From: Anaerolineales bacterium
Lineage (GTDB): Bacteria > Chloroflexota > Anaerolineae > Anaerolineales > Villigracilaceae
Length of the DNA: 64,000 bases
Direction: 5' to 3'
NCBI GenBank assembly: GCA_034436335.1
Contig: DAOTVO010000025.1
Coordinates: 28,921-92,920, forward strand
How positions within the stretch are numbered: position 1 is the first letter of the stretch; each line of letters starts with the position of its first letter. The translations under genes were made by a program, and so were the position numbers. Shown here one piece after another: positions 1-8,931 of the stretch. The notes under the pieces were generated by a model, which had not been told where the DNA came from, searched no databases, and saw only the letters and a program-made list of their open reading frames with translations.

Positions 1-2219
1 TTACTTTTCGATGTTCTCACAAAGAGAAAGGCTGGCGCTGGCTGGAAGGAACCATCACCAACCTGCTTGGTGAACCGGCTGTGCAAAGCATTGTCCTCAA
101 CCTGCGCGATATAACCGAACGGCGTCTGGCTGAAGAAAATCTGGCGAAACGCCTTGCCGAGTTGGAAACGCTGCATGAGAACGGCCTGGCGCTTAGTGGT
201 CTGCTCGACGTGGATGAAATCTGCCAACAACTCATCCGCGCACTCAAAGAAAAGATGCACTGGCATCATCTGGCTGTGCGGCTGCTCGACCCAAAGACAA
301 ACGAGATTCGCGTGGCGGCCTTTAGCCAGCCCGGCCTGAAAGAAGAAGAAAAGGCGGCTTATATTGCGCGCTTGAACGAAAAGATAAGCCGCGCGGGCCA
401 GGGAATGAGCGGCTGGGTCATCGAGCATGGCGAACCTGTCCGCAGCGGCAATATCGGCGCAGATGAACGTTATATCGAGAGTTTCCCCGGAATCCGCTCC
501 GGGTTGTATGTGCCGCTCAAAACAGGCAAACACATTATTGGTTCGATTGCTGTCGAAAGCACGGAGGCAGATGCTTTCAGCGAAGAAGAGGAACGACTGT
601 TAATGACCGTCGCGGCGCAGGCGGCTATCGCCATTGAAAACGCGCATTCTTACCAGAACGCTATCCACACCGCCCGCCGCAACGCCGCGCTGCATCAGGC
701 CAGCCTGGAAATCGTCAGCGCAGGAAACAACCTGGAAAATATCTATGCTGCCCTGCACCATGCTGTGGAACGTATCATGCCTGTAGAGGCTTTCAGCATT
801 GCCTTTGTCGCCGACCCCGGCCAGAAGCATAGGAGAGCATATTTTGTCGAAAAAAACGGTAGCAGGAACGAATCGGCCTGTCCCTTAGAACCATTCAACC
901 TGTATGTTCTCCACACCGGTCAGTCGCTGCTCATTCGAAACATGAAGGAGCAGCAGAATCTAGGGCTTGAGGCGGCTTCTTCATGCTCCTATCTCGCTGC
1001 GCCGCTCATCTCGGGAGATAAAATTATCGGCGTCATCTCCATTCGCAGCGAGCAACCTGACCAGTATTCTGTAGAAGACCAGGCCTTTCTGGAAACGCTT
1101 GCCGCCGACGCAGTGATTGCCATCGAAAACGCCCGCCTGTTTGTCGAGACGCAAAAACGTCTGCGCTACATCTCTGCCCTGCACCAGATAGACGCCGCTA
1201 TCAGCGCCAGCATAGACCTGCGCGTGACCTTGGGAATCATTCTCGACACCATTCTCCAGGAATTGAATCTGGATGCTGCCGCGTTACTTCTCGCCAATCC
1301 CTTCACACAGACTCTCGAATACGTCGCCAGTAAAGGCTTTCGGGCTTACCTCGTGGAAGGCATGCGCGTGCGCATTGGAGAAGGGCTGCCCGGCAAAGCC
1401 GCCTTGCAGCGAAAACCGCTCAGCCTGGAAGAAGCCGGAGCAGATACTCCCGATATTTTCGAGAACGAAAACTTCGTTTCCCAATTTGCCATTCCCCTGA
1501 TTGCCAAAGGGCAGGTGCAGGGCGTTCTGCACATCTGTCTGCGCTCCGCCCTGACGCCAGATTCCGAGTGGACAAGTTTTCTCACCACTCTGGCCGGGCA
1601 AACCGCCATCGCAGTGGACAATGCCCACATGTTCGAAGACCTGCAGCGCTCCAACCTGGAACTGAGGCTGGCCTACGACGCTACCATCCAGGGCTGGTCA
1701 AACGCCCTCGACCTGCGCGACGAAGACACCGAGGGCCATTCCCAGCGCGTCACCGAATTGACCCTGCAATTGGCGTCCGCCATGAACGTTCCCGAGACTC
1801 AACTCGAACACATCCGCCGCGGCGCCCTGCTCCACGACATCGGCAAGATTGCCATCCCCGATTCCATCCTGCGCAAACCAGCCGCTCTCACTCCCAAAGA
1901 ATGGGACATCATGCGCCGCCACCCGCTGTACGCCTACGACCTGCTCTCCCCCATCGAATATCTGCAGCCGGCACTGGATATCCCCTACTGCCATCATGAA
2001 AAATGGGACGGCACAGGCTATCCGCGCGGCCTGAAAGGGGAACAAATTCCCCTTGCCGCCCGCATCTTCGCCGTCGCCGATGTGTGGGACGCTCTGACCT
2101 CTGACCGCCCCTACCGCAAAGCCTGGAGCAAAAGCAAGGCGCTCGACTACATCCGCGAGCAGGCCGGCAAGCATTTCGACCCCAAAGTGGTGGAAGCGTT
2201 CTTAAAAATTTACAAGTAG
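1..2219 (+). CDS. GAF-domain HD-GYP-type phosphohydrolase signalling protein, 5' end outside window
   Basis: ORF 81..2219. The same frame stays open back to nt 3, so the N-terminus is cut by the window edge. C-terminal HD-GYP signature LLHDIGK ... HHEKWDGTGYPRGL, with GAF-like segments upstream. Confidence 0.85.
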   Translation, partial: TFRCSHKEKGWRWLEGTITNLLGEPAVQSIVLNLRDITERRLAEENLAKRLAELETLHENGLALSGLLDVDEICQQLIRALKEKMHWHHLAVRLLDPKTNEIRVAAFSQPGLKEEEKAAYIARLNEKISRAGQGMSGWVIEHGEPVRSGNIGADERYIESFPGIRSGLYVPLKTGKHIIGSIAVESTEADAFSEEEERLLMTVAAQAAIAIENAHSYQNAIHTARRNAALHQASLEIVSAGNNLENIYAALHHAVERIMPVEAFSIAFVADPGQKHRRAYFVEKNGSRNESACPLEPFNLYVLHTGQSLLIRNMKEQQNLGLEAASSCSYLAAPLISGDKIIGVISIRSEQPDQYSVEDQAFLETLAADAVIAIENARLFVETQKRLRYISALHQIDAAISASIDLRVTLGIILDTILQELNLDAAALLLANPFTQTLEYVASKGFRAYLVEGMRVRIGEGLPGKAALQRKPLSLEEAGADTPDIFENENFVSQFAIPLIAKGQVQGVLHICLRSALTPDSEWTSFLTTLAGQTAIAVDNAHMFEDLQRSNLELRLAYDATIQGWSNALDLRDEDTEGHSQRVTELTLQLASAMNVPETQLEHIRRGALLHDIGKIAIPDSILRKPAALTPKEWDIMRRHPLYAYDLLSPIEYLQPALDIPYCHHEKWDGTGYPRGLKGEQIPLAARIFAVADVWDALTSDRPYRKAWSKSKALDYIREQAGKHFDPKVVEAFLKIYK

Positions 2220-2288
2220 GAGTCCAGTTGACCATTACCCACGAATGTCGCCAATTCAGCGAATAATGCGATTTTTTTCTTGAAGTGA

Positions 2289-3206
2289 TTTAACCTTTTT
2301 CAGAAACCAAGTGTCGGATGTTGATCATTGTGAAAGCGATGTAATGCTCATTCAGAAAGTATAGGTCACATCAATCAAAACGAACAAGCAGCGCTCGGAA
2401 TTTGTCAATCCAGGCAAAAGAACGTTCTGAAGTAAAACGATGCTTGTACACTTCTGCGTTGAAAATGCGCTTGCGACCTGGTTTATTCTTCTTGCGATTG
2501 CGCTTGTTCTCTGGAATGTTAGGCTTCAGGCCGTGATTGAAACAGGTCTTGCGAGCTTCCTGGGTGTCAAAAGCGCTGTCGGCGTTGAAGTAGGCGCCTC
2601 GGATGGATAAGCCTTGTTCCCTAATCCAGCGGAAAGCGGCTTGCAAGTGCGGTTTGAGATGGTAAGCATCGTTGTGATTCCCTGCCACCAGGCCTGTGGA
2701 AGCGATGATGAAGCCATTGGCGTCCGTGATCGGCAAGAGATTGGTTGTTTTAGCCTTCTTGCGCCCTGGATAGGCGACCGATTCGCCGCCTTTCTTGGCA
2801 ATGGTATGGGAGCCATCCAGGTTGAGTTCGGACAAGTCCAGCAAAGGCCGGATGGCAAGAATGCTCGCTTGCCAGACTCGTTTCAGGCTGCCATCCCGAC
2901 TCCACTTGCGGAAGTGGTAATACACCGCTTGCCGACTGATTTCTTTTTTTGCGGGTCCTGTGGATCTGCCTCAATGGGGAGGCGCTCCCATTGGCAGCCC
3001 GTATGCAGGCGATACAGAATGTAATTGAAGAGCCTGTAGAGTGGAATGCTGCACACATAACCGCGTTTGGCCTTGCTCAGGTAAGGATTGATATGTTCGT
3101 TGAACTGTTCTTCGGTTAAACTTATCGGGATAGTGCTCATGTTGGGTATCCTTTCTTTTCAGCAGCCCAATTAGGATGCACTATCACTTTTTCGCAAAAG
3201 GTTAAA
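2289..3206 (-). mobile_element. IS5-family insertion sequence (IS427/IS1031-like, about 0.92 kb)
   Basis: Imperfect terminal inverted repeats: TTTAACCTTTTTCAGAAA at 2289-2306 versus the reverse complement of 3189-3206 (15/18 match). They enclose a two-frame DDE transposase. Lower G+C than the flanks. TTAA is present at both ends, so the exact ends and target duplication are ambiguous. Confidence 0.75.
2371..3140 (-). CDS. IS5-family DDE transposase, OrfA/OrfB joined by a -1 frameshift
   Basis: ORFs 2883..3140 (HTH-like, ...YRLHTGCQWERLP...) and 2371..2925 (DDE domain). Slippery A AAA AAG on the minus strand (T7 run 2944-2950 on +). A -1 slip gives ...DPQKKEISRQAVYYHFRKWSRDGSL..., the typical IS5 junction. 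Confidence 0.8.
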
Positions 3207-3331
3207 GCAGTTCAACGTGAAATTCAAGGAAATTTAGTTTACGGCGTACTTAACCACCACCCCACTTACATTTGTATACACAGAGGGCGCGACATGGGCG
3301 CTCCATTTTTTAGACATCAGGGGAAAGTAGG

Positions 3332-3997
3332 CTATTTGTGAGAAGCATTTGTCTCTGCTGCCGCCATTGCCTGAAAAGTCTCCAACCGGTCGCGCAGCGC
3401 ATGGGCAGCCAGAATGCTGACCATGCTGACATACCCAAGAATCACCGGGAAGACCAGCAATAAGCCAATCAGTCCGAACAGCGCCAGAAAAACAAGTAAG
3501 CCAAGCAGGTAAAATGGCGAAGCGAGGCTGAGCAGCAAACTGTTGCGCCAAGCGTGCCACAAGGAAGGTTGACCTTCCTGCAACATGACGAAGGGAATGG
3601 CATAAAACTGGCTGATGAGCCATCCTGCTGCAGTCAGCAGGGTCAGGTCGTGTCCAACCTGCGCCGCCAATCCGCCAATACGGTCGTAGGCGTTCAGGCT
3701 GGCATAAAACACCCCCATAATCAACAGGTTGGTGAGCATCCAGCGCCAACTGACCCAAAAATATTTGCGCGCTCCTTCCCACATGCCGCGCAGGCCGGGG
3801 TTTTCACCGCGCACATATTGACTCTGAACGTAGTAAATACCAAAGGTCAGCGGCGGGGCGAGGACAACCGTCAGCAGCGAAATGCTCCAGAGCAGGCTCA
3901 TCACCGATTGCATCACCAGGTCATCCCACCAATCAAAGAACGCAAGCAGGATGGTGCGCAGGGGAGCGGGCAGTTTTTCAAGGAATTCCTGCTTCAT
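3332..3997 (-). CDS. multi-pass membrane protein, DUF624/YesL-like
   Basis: 221-aa ORF with about 6 hydrophobic segments. The resemblance to YesL-type proteins found beside sugar transporters is weak and judged by eye. Confidence 0.55.
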   Translation of the reverse strand: MKQEFLEKLPAPLRTILLAFFDWWDDLVMQSVMSLLWSISLLTVVLAPPLTFGIYYVQSQYVRGENPGLRGMWEGARKYFWVSWRWMLTNLLIMGVFYASLNAYDRIGGLAAQVGHDLTLLTAAGWLISQFYAIPFVMLQEGQPSLWHAWRNSLLLSLASPFYLLGLLVFLALFGLIGLLLVFPVILGYVSMVSILAAHALRDRLETFQAMAAAETNASHK

Positions 3998-4005
3998 GGT
4001 AGAAA

Positions 4006-4374
4006 TTATAACCCACTTTGCGGGGCGTGCAGGCTGGTATACAGGCCGTTTTGGCGGATGAGTTGCTCGTGCGCGCCCACTTCTACAATTCTTCCCTGCC
4101 GCATGACCACGATGGTATCGGCATTGCGGATGGTGGACAGGCGGTGGGCGACGATGAAGGTCGTGCGTCCGCGCATCAGGCGCGCCAGGGCTTCTTGAAT
4201 CAGGGCTTCCGATTCGGTATCCAGCGCAGAGGTGGCTTCATCGAGAATCAAGACGCGCGGGTTGCGGATGAGCGCGCCCGTCTGCGCGTGCTTTTGCCCG
4301 CCGCCGCCGAATCCGTCAGCAGCGTCACGGTAGACGGCGCGCCTGCGGCGTATCAAATCACTCCCCTCGAACAA
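4006..4374 (-). pseudogene. C-terminal remnant of an MsbA-type ABC exporter ATPase domain
   Basis: Retains ...GGGQK..ALIRNPRVLILDEATSALD...TTFIVAHRLSTIRNADTIVVM.GRIVE.G.H..L (signature, Walker B, H-loop). Walker A, the Q-loop and the whole TMD are missing, and the region around the signature motif looks internally deleted. Confidence 0.7.
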
Positions 4375-4453
4375 TCACGCTATCTGGAACTCGACCTGCC
4401 GCTGAACGGCGTCCAGACCGTTGAAATTATCCTGTAAATCATTGGAGATTCGT

Positions 4454-5665
4454 ATGCAACCCTTTTCCGAACGCCTCGCCGCTCTGCGCCAGCAGCATGC
4501 CGCCCTGCTCTCCCGCCCCAACGCCCCCGACCCGCGCTGGGAGAACGGCATTTACACCCGCTGGCAAAACCCGGTTGTCACCGCCGCGCATGTCCCGCTC
4601 GAATGGCGCTACGACCTGAACCCGCAGACCAACCCCTATCTGATGGAGCGGTTGGGGGTCAACGCCACGCTCAACCCCGGCGCCATTGAACACGAGGGCA
4701 AAATCCTGCTCGTCTGCCGGGTGGAAGGCTGGGACCGCAAATCGTTCTTCGCCATCGCCGAAAGCGAAAACGGGCTGGATAACTTCCGCTTTTGGGAAGA
4801 ACCCATCCTCATGCCCGAAACTGACAATCCCGATACCAACATCTACGACATGCGCCTGACCCGTCACGCCGACGGCTGGATTTACGGCGTCTTCTGCACC
4901 GAGCGCAAAGACCCCCATGCCCCGCCCGGCGACCTTTCCAGCGCCGTTGCCCAGGCGGGAATTGCCCGCACCCGCGACCTGAAAACCTGGCAGCGCCTGC
5001 CCGACCTGAAAACCCCCTCGCCCCAACAGCGCAACGTAGTTTTGCACCCCGAATTTATCGAAGGCAAATACGCCTTCTACACCCGCCCGCAGGACGATTT
5101 CATCACCGCCGGAAGCGGCGGCGGCATCGGCTGGGGCTTGAGCGATTCGATGGACCCGGCAATCATTGAGCGTGAAATCATCGTTGAGCCGCGCGCCTAT
5201 CACACCATCAAAGAACTCAAAAACGGCGAAGGCTCCGCCCCGCTCAAAACCGAACGCGGCTGGCTGCACCTGGCGCACGGCGTCCGCAACACCGCCGCCG
5301 GGCTGCGCTACGTCCTGTATCTTTACCTGACCGAGTTGGAGCGCCCCTGGGTCGTCACCCATCAGCCGGGCGGCTACTTCATCGCGCCGCAGTTCGAGGA
5401 GCGCGTCGGCGATGTCAGCAATGTTGTTTTTTCCAACGGCTGGGTGGCGCGCGCCGATGGCAGCGTACTCATCTACTACGCCTCGTCCGATACCCGCATT
5501 CATGTTGCCACCAGCACGCTTGACCAACTGCTCGATTACACCCTGAACACCCCGCCGGATGGTTTGCGCTCGTATGCCAGCGCCCAGACCCGCATCGAAC
5601 TGATTCGCCGCAACCGGAAGGTGACTGTCACTGACAAGTGTTCTACGCCAGTGACAGTCACCTAA
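4454..5665 (+). CDS. GH130 beta-mannoside phosphorylase (4-O-beta-D-mannosyl-D-glucose phosphorylase-like)
   Basis: Preferred start is ATG 4454, with GGAG 6 nt upstream. N-terminus NGIYTRWQNPVVTAAHVPLEWRYDLNPQTNPYLMERLGVNATLNPGAI..VEGWDRKSFFAIAESENGLDNFRFW closely resembles GH130_1 enzymes as I remember them. Confidence 0.85.
   Translation: MQPFSERLAALRQQHAALLSRPNAPDPRWENGIYTRWQNPVVTAAHVPLEWRYDLNPQTNPYLMERLGVNATLNPGAIEHEGKILLVCRVEGWDRKSFFAIAESENGLDNFRFWEEPILMPETDNPDTNIYDMRLTRHADGWIYGVFCTERKDPHAPPGDLSSAVAQAGIARTRDLKTWQRLPDLKTPSPQQRNVVLHPEFIEGKYAFYTRPQDDFITAGSGGGIGWGLSDSMDPAIIEREIIVEPRAYHTIKELKNGEGSAPLKTERGWLHLAHGVRNTAAGLRYVLYLYLTELERPWVVTHQPGGYFIAPQFEERVGDVSNVVFSNGWVARADGSVLIYYASSDTRIHVATSTLDQLLDYTLNTPPDGLRSYASAQTRIELIRRNRKVTVTDKCSTPVTVT
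5620..5662. repeat. perfect 14-bp inverted repeat GGTGACTGTCACTG / CAGTGACAGTCACC, 15-nt loop
   Basis: Read directly. It overlaps the last 15 codons of the GH130 gene (tail ...VTVTDKCSTPVTVT*). Confidence 0.85.
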
Positions 5666-5682
5666 TGACGCAGGAGACTCTC

Positions 5683-8097
5683 ATGCAATACGGCACGTTT
5701 GACGACCAGCGCAAAGAATACGTCATCACCCGCCCCGATACGCCCCAAGCGTGGAGCAACTACCTCGGCAGCGCCGAATATGGCGGCATCATCACCAATA
5801 ACGCCGGGGGCTACGGCTTCTACCAATCCGGTGCGCGCGGGCGCTTCCTGCGGTTGCGCTTCAACAGCATCCCCGCCGACCAGCCGGGGCGCTACTTTTA
5901 CCTGCGCGACCAGGCCAGCGGCGACTACTGGTCAGCCTCCTGGCAGCCGGTGGGTAAGCCGCTTTCAGAGTTTCAATCCACCTGCCGGCACGGCACAGGC
6001 TACACGGTCATCGAGTCGCGCTATGCCGGAATCCGCTCCGAAGCGGTCTATTTCGTCCCGCTCGGTCAGCATTTTGAGTACTGGCGGCTGACCGTGACCA
6101 ACGAGAGCGACCGTCCGCGTGACCTATCTGTGTTCACTTACTGCGAATTCAGCAACAACTGGGACACGACTCAAGACGGCGTGAACCTGCAATACTCCCT
6201 GTTCATCATTCGCGGCGAATATCTCGACAGGCTCGATAACCAGGCGCCCAATGGCCTGCTGCGCGTTGCCAGCCAGGATAACCTGCCCATCTCCACCGAC
6301 CTGACTCAGGGCGACGTGGGGCGCGGCGTGTGGATGGGATTGGCGGGCGCACCCCTGACCGGGTACGATACGGAACGCGCGACTTTCCTCGGTTCGTATC
6401 GCGGCTATCACAACCCGCTGGCAGTCGAGCGCGGTGCGTGCGGCAACAGCAACGCCTATGGCGATAACGCCTGCGGCGCGCTTCAGAGTAACATCACGCT
6501 CCAGCCCGGCGAGAGCCGCGCGGTGCTGGTCTTGCTCGGCATCGGCGAAGCGCGCACGGTGGGCGCGGAAACCTTTGAAAAATTCGGCACGCTGGAGCAG
6601 GCGGAGCGCGAACTAGAGAAACTCAAAACCCACTGGCACGCCCAACTCGGCGGGCTGACCGTGCAGACGCCGGACGCGGAACTCAATCACACCCTCAACG
6701 TTTGGGGGCTGTATAACTGCCTGATAACCTTCAACTGGTCGCGCGCTGCCAGCCTGGTCTATAACGGCGAGCGCGACGGGCTGGGATTCCGCGACTCCGT
6801 GCAGGACGTGCTGGGGGTGCTGACCGCCATCCCCGACCGGGCGCGCGAGCGGCTGGAACTCTTGCTCACCGGTCAGGTGCAGAACGGCGGGGCGATTCCG
6901 GTCATCCGCCCCTTCGAGCATCACCCCGGCCATGAAAAAGCCCCCGCCCCCGAAGAATTCCGCTCCGATGACTGCCTGTGGTTCTTCGACGCTGTCCCGG
7001 CTTATGTCAACGAAACCGGCGACCTGGCCTTTTACGACAAAGTTCTGCCCTATGCCGATTCCGGCGCGGATACTGTCTTTGGGCATCTGCGCCGGGCCTT
7101 GGAGTTCAACCTGGAGCGCACCGGGCGCAACGGCCTGACCTGCGGCCTGCTGGCCGATTGGAACGACTGCCTGAAACTCGGCTTTCACGGCGAGAGTTTG
7201 TTCGTGGCCTTCCAGGTCTATCGCGGGCTGAAGATTCTGGCCGAAATTGCCGAAATGGCCCACCGCCCGGCGGATAAAGCCTGGGCCGAAACCCAGCGCG
7301 CCCGGCTGGAAGAGCGCATTCAGGCCTGCGCCTGGGATGGCGAGTGGTTCATCTGGGCGGTTGGCGAGGATGGCACGGTCTATGGCACAAAGGATTTCGA
7401 GGAAGGGCAGGTCTATCTCAACACGCAGGTTTGGGCGGTCATCAGCGGCGCAGCCACGCCGGAGCAGGCGCAAACCTGCATGAAAACCGTCCGCCAGCGG
7501 TTGGCAACCCCCTACGGGCTGATGTTGTGCGCCCCGCCCTTCGTCAAGACTTCGGTTGATGTGATGCGGGCGGTGGTGTTCAACCCCGGCGTCAAAGAAA
7601 ACGCGGGCATTTTCAATCATACCCAGGGCTGGGGCATTATGGCGGAATGTCTGCTCGGTGAAGGCGACCGCGCCTACGAAGTGCTGCGCGCCGCCATGCC
7701 CGCCGCCTACAACGACCGCGCCGAAATCCGGCAGAGCGAGCCTTATGTGCAGGCGCAGACCACCTACTCGCGCTACTCGCCGCGCGAGGGCAACGCCCGC
7801 ACCGCCTGGCTGACCGGCGCGGCAGCCTGGTTCTACTTCAGCGCCACCCAATACCTTTTGGGCATCCGCCCGGAAGTGAACGGACTGCGCCTCGACCCAT
7901 GCATCCCATCTGCATGGGATGGGTTCAGCGTCCGGCGCATCTTTCGCGGCAAGACGCTCGATATCACCGTTCACAACCCGCAGCATGTCCAGCGCGGGGT
8001 GAGCAGACTCCTGCTGGATGGTGAACCGCTGGCGGGCAATCTCATCCCGTTCGAGCAGATGAAAGAGAACAGCCGGGTCGAGGTTTGGCTGAGATAA
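5683..8097 (+). CDS. GH94 disaccharide phosphorylase (cellobiose/chitobiose phosphorylase family)
   Basis: Start ATG 5683 after AGGAG. MQYGTFDDQRKEYVITRPDTPQAWSNYLGS..GGYGFYQS.RGRFLRLRFNSIP.DQPGRYFYLRD is the characteristic GH94 N-terminus. About 805 aa. Confidence 0.9.
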   Translation: MQYGTFDDQRKEYVITRPDTPQAWSNYLGSAEYGGIITNNAGGYGFYQSGARGRFLRLRFNSIPADQPGRYFYLRDQASGDYWSASWQPVGKPLSEFQSTCRHGTGYTVIESRYAGIRSEAVYFVPLGQHFEYWRLTVTNESDRPRDLSVFTYCEFSNNWDTTQDGVNLQYSLFIIRGEYLDRLDNQAPNGLLRVASQDNLPISTDLTQGDVGRGVWMGLAGAPLTGYDTERATFLGSYRGYHNPLAVERGACGNSNAYGDNACGALQSNITLQPGESRAVLVLLGIGEARTVGAETFEKFGTLEQAERELEKLKTHWHAQLGGLTVQTPDAELNHTLNVWGLYNCLITFNWSRAASLVYNGERDGLGFRDSVQDVLGVLTAIPDRARERLELLLTGQVQNGGAIPVIRPFEHHPGHEKAPAPEEFRSDDCLWFFDAVPAYVNETGDLAFYDKVLPYADSGADTVFGHLRRALEFNLERTGRNGLTCGLLADWNDCLKLGFHGESLFVAFQVYRGLKILAEIAEMAHRPADKAWAETQRARLEERIQACAWDGEWFIWAVGEDGTVYGTKDFEEGQVYLNTQVWAVISGAATPEQAQTCMKTVRQRLATPYGLMLCAPPFVKTSVDVMRAVVFNPGVKENAGIFNHTQGWGIMAECLLGEGDRAYEVLRAAMPAAYNDRAEIRQSEPYVQAQTTYSRYSPREGNARTAWLTGAAAWFYFSATQYLLGIRPEVNGLRLDPCIPSAWDGFSVRRIFRGKTLDITVHNPQHVQRGVSRLLLDGEPLAGNLIPFEQMKENSRVEVWLR

Positions 8098-8110
8098 AAG
8101 GAGCAGCAGC

Positions 8111-8914
8111 ATGGAAAAGACCATTCCCCTTTGGGAAAACAATATTCCGGGGTTTGACCCCAACATCCCCCAAGCCCCGCCCCATCTTAGGCCTTACCTG
8201 TTAGCAGGTGACACGCCGCGCGCTTGCATCATTGTCTGCTCCGGCGGAGGCTATGTTCAGCACGCGCCGCACGAAGGCGAGCCGGTAGCGCAATGGTTGA
8301 ACGGATTAGGAATTGCGGCTTTTGTGCTTTTTTACCGGCTCATGCCCTATCGCCATCCATTCCCCTTGCTGGATGCGCAGCGTGCCATTCGTCTTGTGCG
8401 CAGCCGCTGCCAGCAATATGGCATAGACCCACAGCGCATTGGCATATTGGGTTTTTCCGCTGGTGGACACCTGGCAGCCTCCGCCGCAACGCTCTTTGAT
8501 GCCGGACAGCCTGATGCCAACGACCCGATTGAGCGTGTCTCCTCCCGCCCGGACGCGCACATCCTCGCTTATCCAGTGATTAGTTTTGAAAGATTTCCCG
8601 ATACCTGGTCGCGTTTTGCCTTGTTGGGCGAAACCCCCTCTCCCGACCTGGTCCGCCTGCTTTCTTGTGAACAGCAAGTAACACCGCAAACCCCACCTTC
8701 CTTTGTTTGGCATACCACCAACGATGACAATGTGCCGGTGGAGAACAGCCTGCTGTTTGCCAACGCGCTGAGCCGTCACAAAGTGTCTTTTGAATTGCAC
8801 ATCTTCCGCGATGGTCAACACGGGCTGGGGCTGGCGCACGAACACCCCGCTCTTTCCCTGTGGACAAAAGCCTGTGAAAACTGGCTACTTGCCATCGGTT
8901 TTGCTGAGCAATAG
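8111..8914 (+). CDS. alpha/beta-hydrolase carbohydrate esterase (Aes/BD-FAE-like)
   Basis: GFSAGGHLA nucleophile elbow, HGLG near the C-terminus, AGGAG before the start. Confidence 0.75.
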   Translation: MEKTIPLWENNIPGFDPNIPQAPPHLRPYLLAGDTPRACIIVCSGGGYVQHAPHEGEPVAQWLNGLGIAAFVLFYRLMPYRHPFPLLDAQRAIRLVRSRCQQYGIDPQRIGILGFSAGGHLAASAATLFDAGQPDANDPIERVSSRPDAHILAYPVISFERFPDTWSRFALLGETPSPDLVRLLSCEQQVTPQTPPSFVWHTTNDDNVPVENSLLFANALSRHKVSFELHIFRDGQHGLGLAHEHPALSLWTKACENWLLAIGFAEQ

Positions 8915-8931
8915 ATGGACAAGAGTCCTGC

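Noticed and set aside
6613-8166. 517-aa ORF antisense to the GH94 gene. Other long shadow ORFs of the same kind: 16251..18566, 31062..32792, 35977..37530, 38344..39879, 41540..43468, 44702..45775, 46110..47354 and 56193..57428.
   Set aside because: They lie opposite genes with strong family signatures. They have Arg/Gly/Ala/Pro-rich low-complexity composition typical of the non-coding strand in high-GC DNA, and they contain no recognisable motifs.
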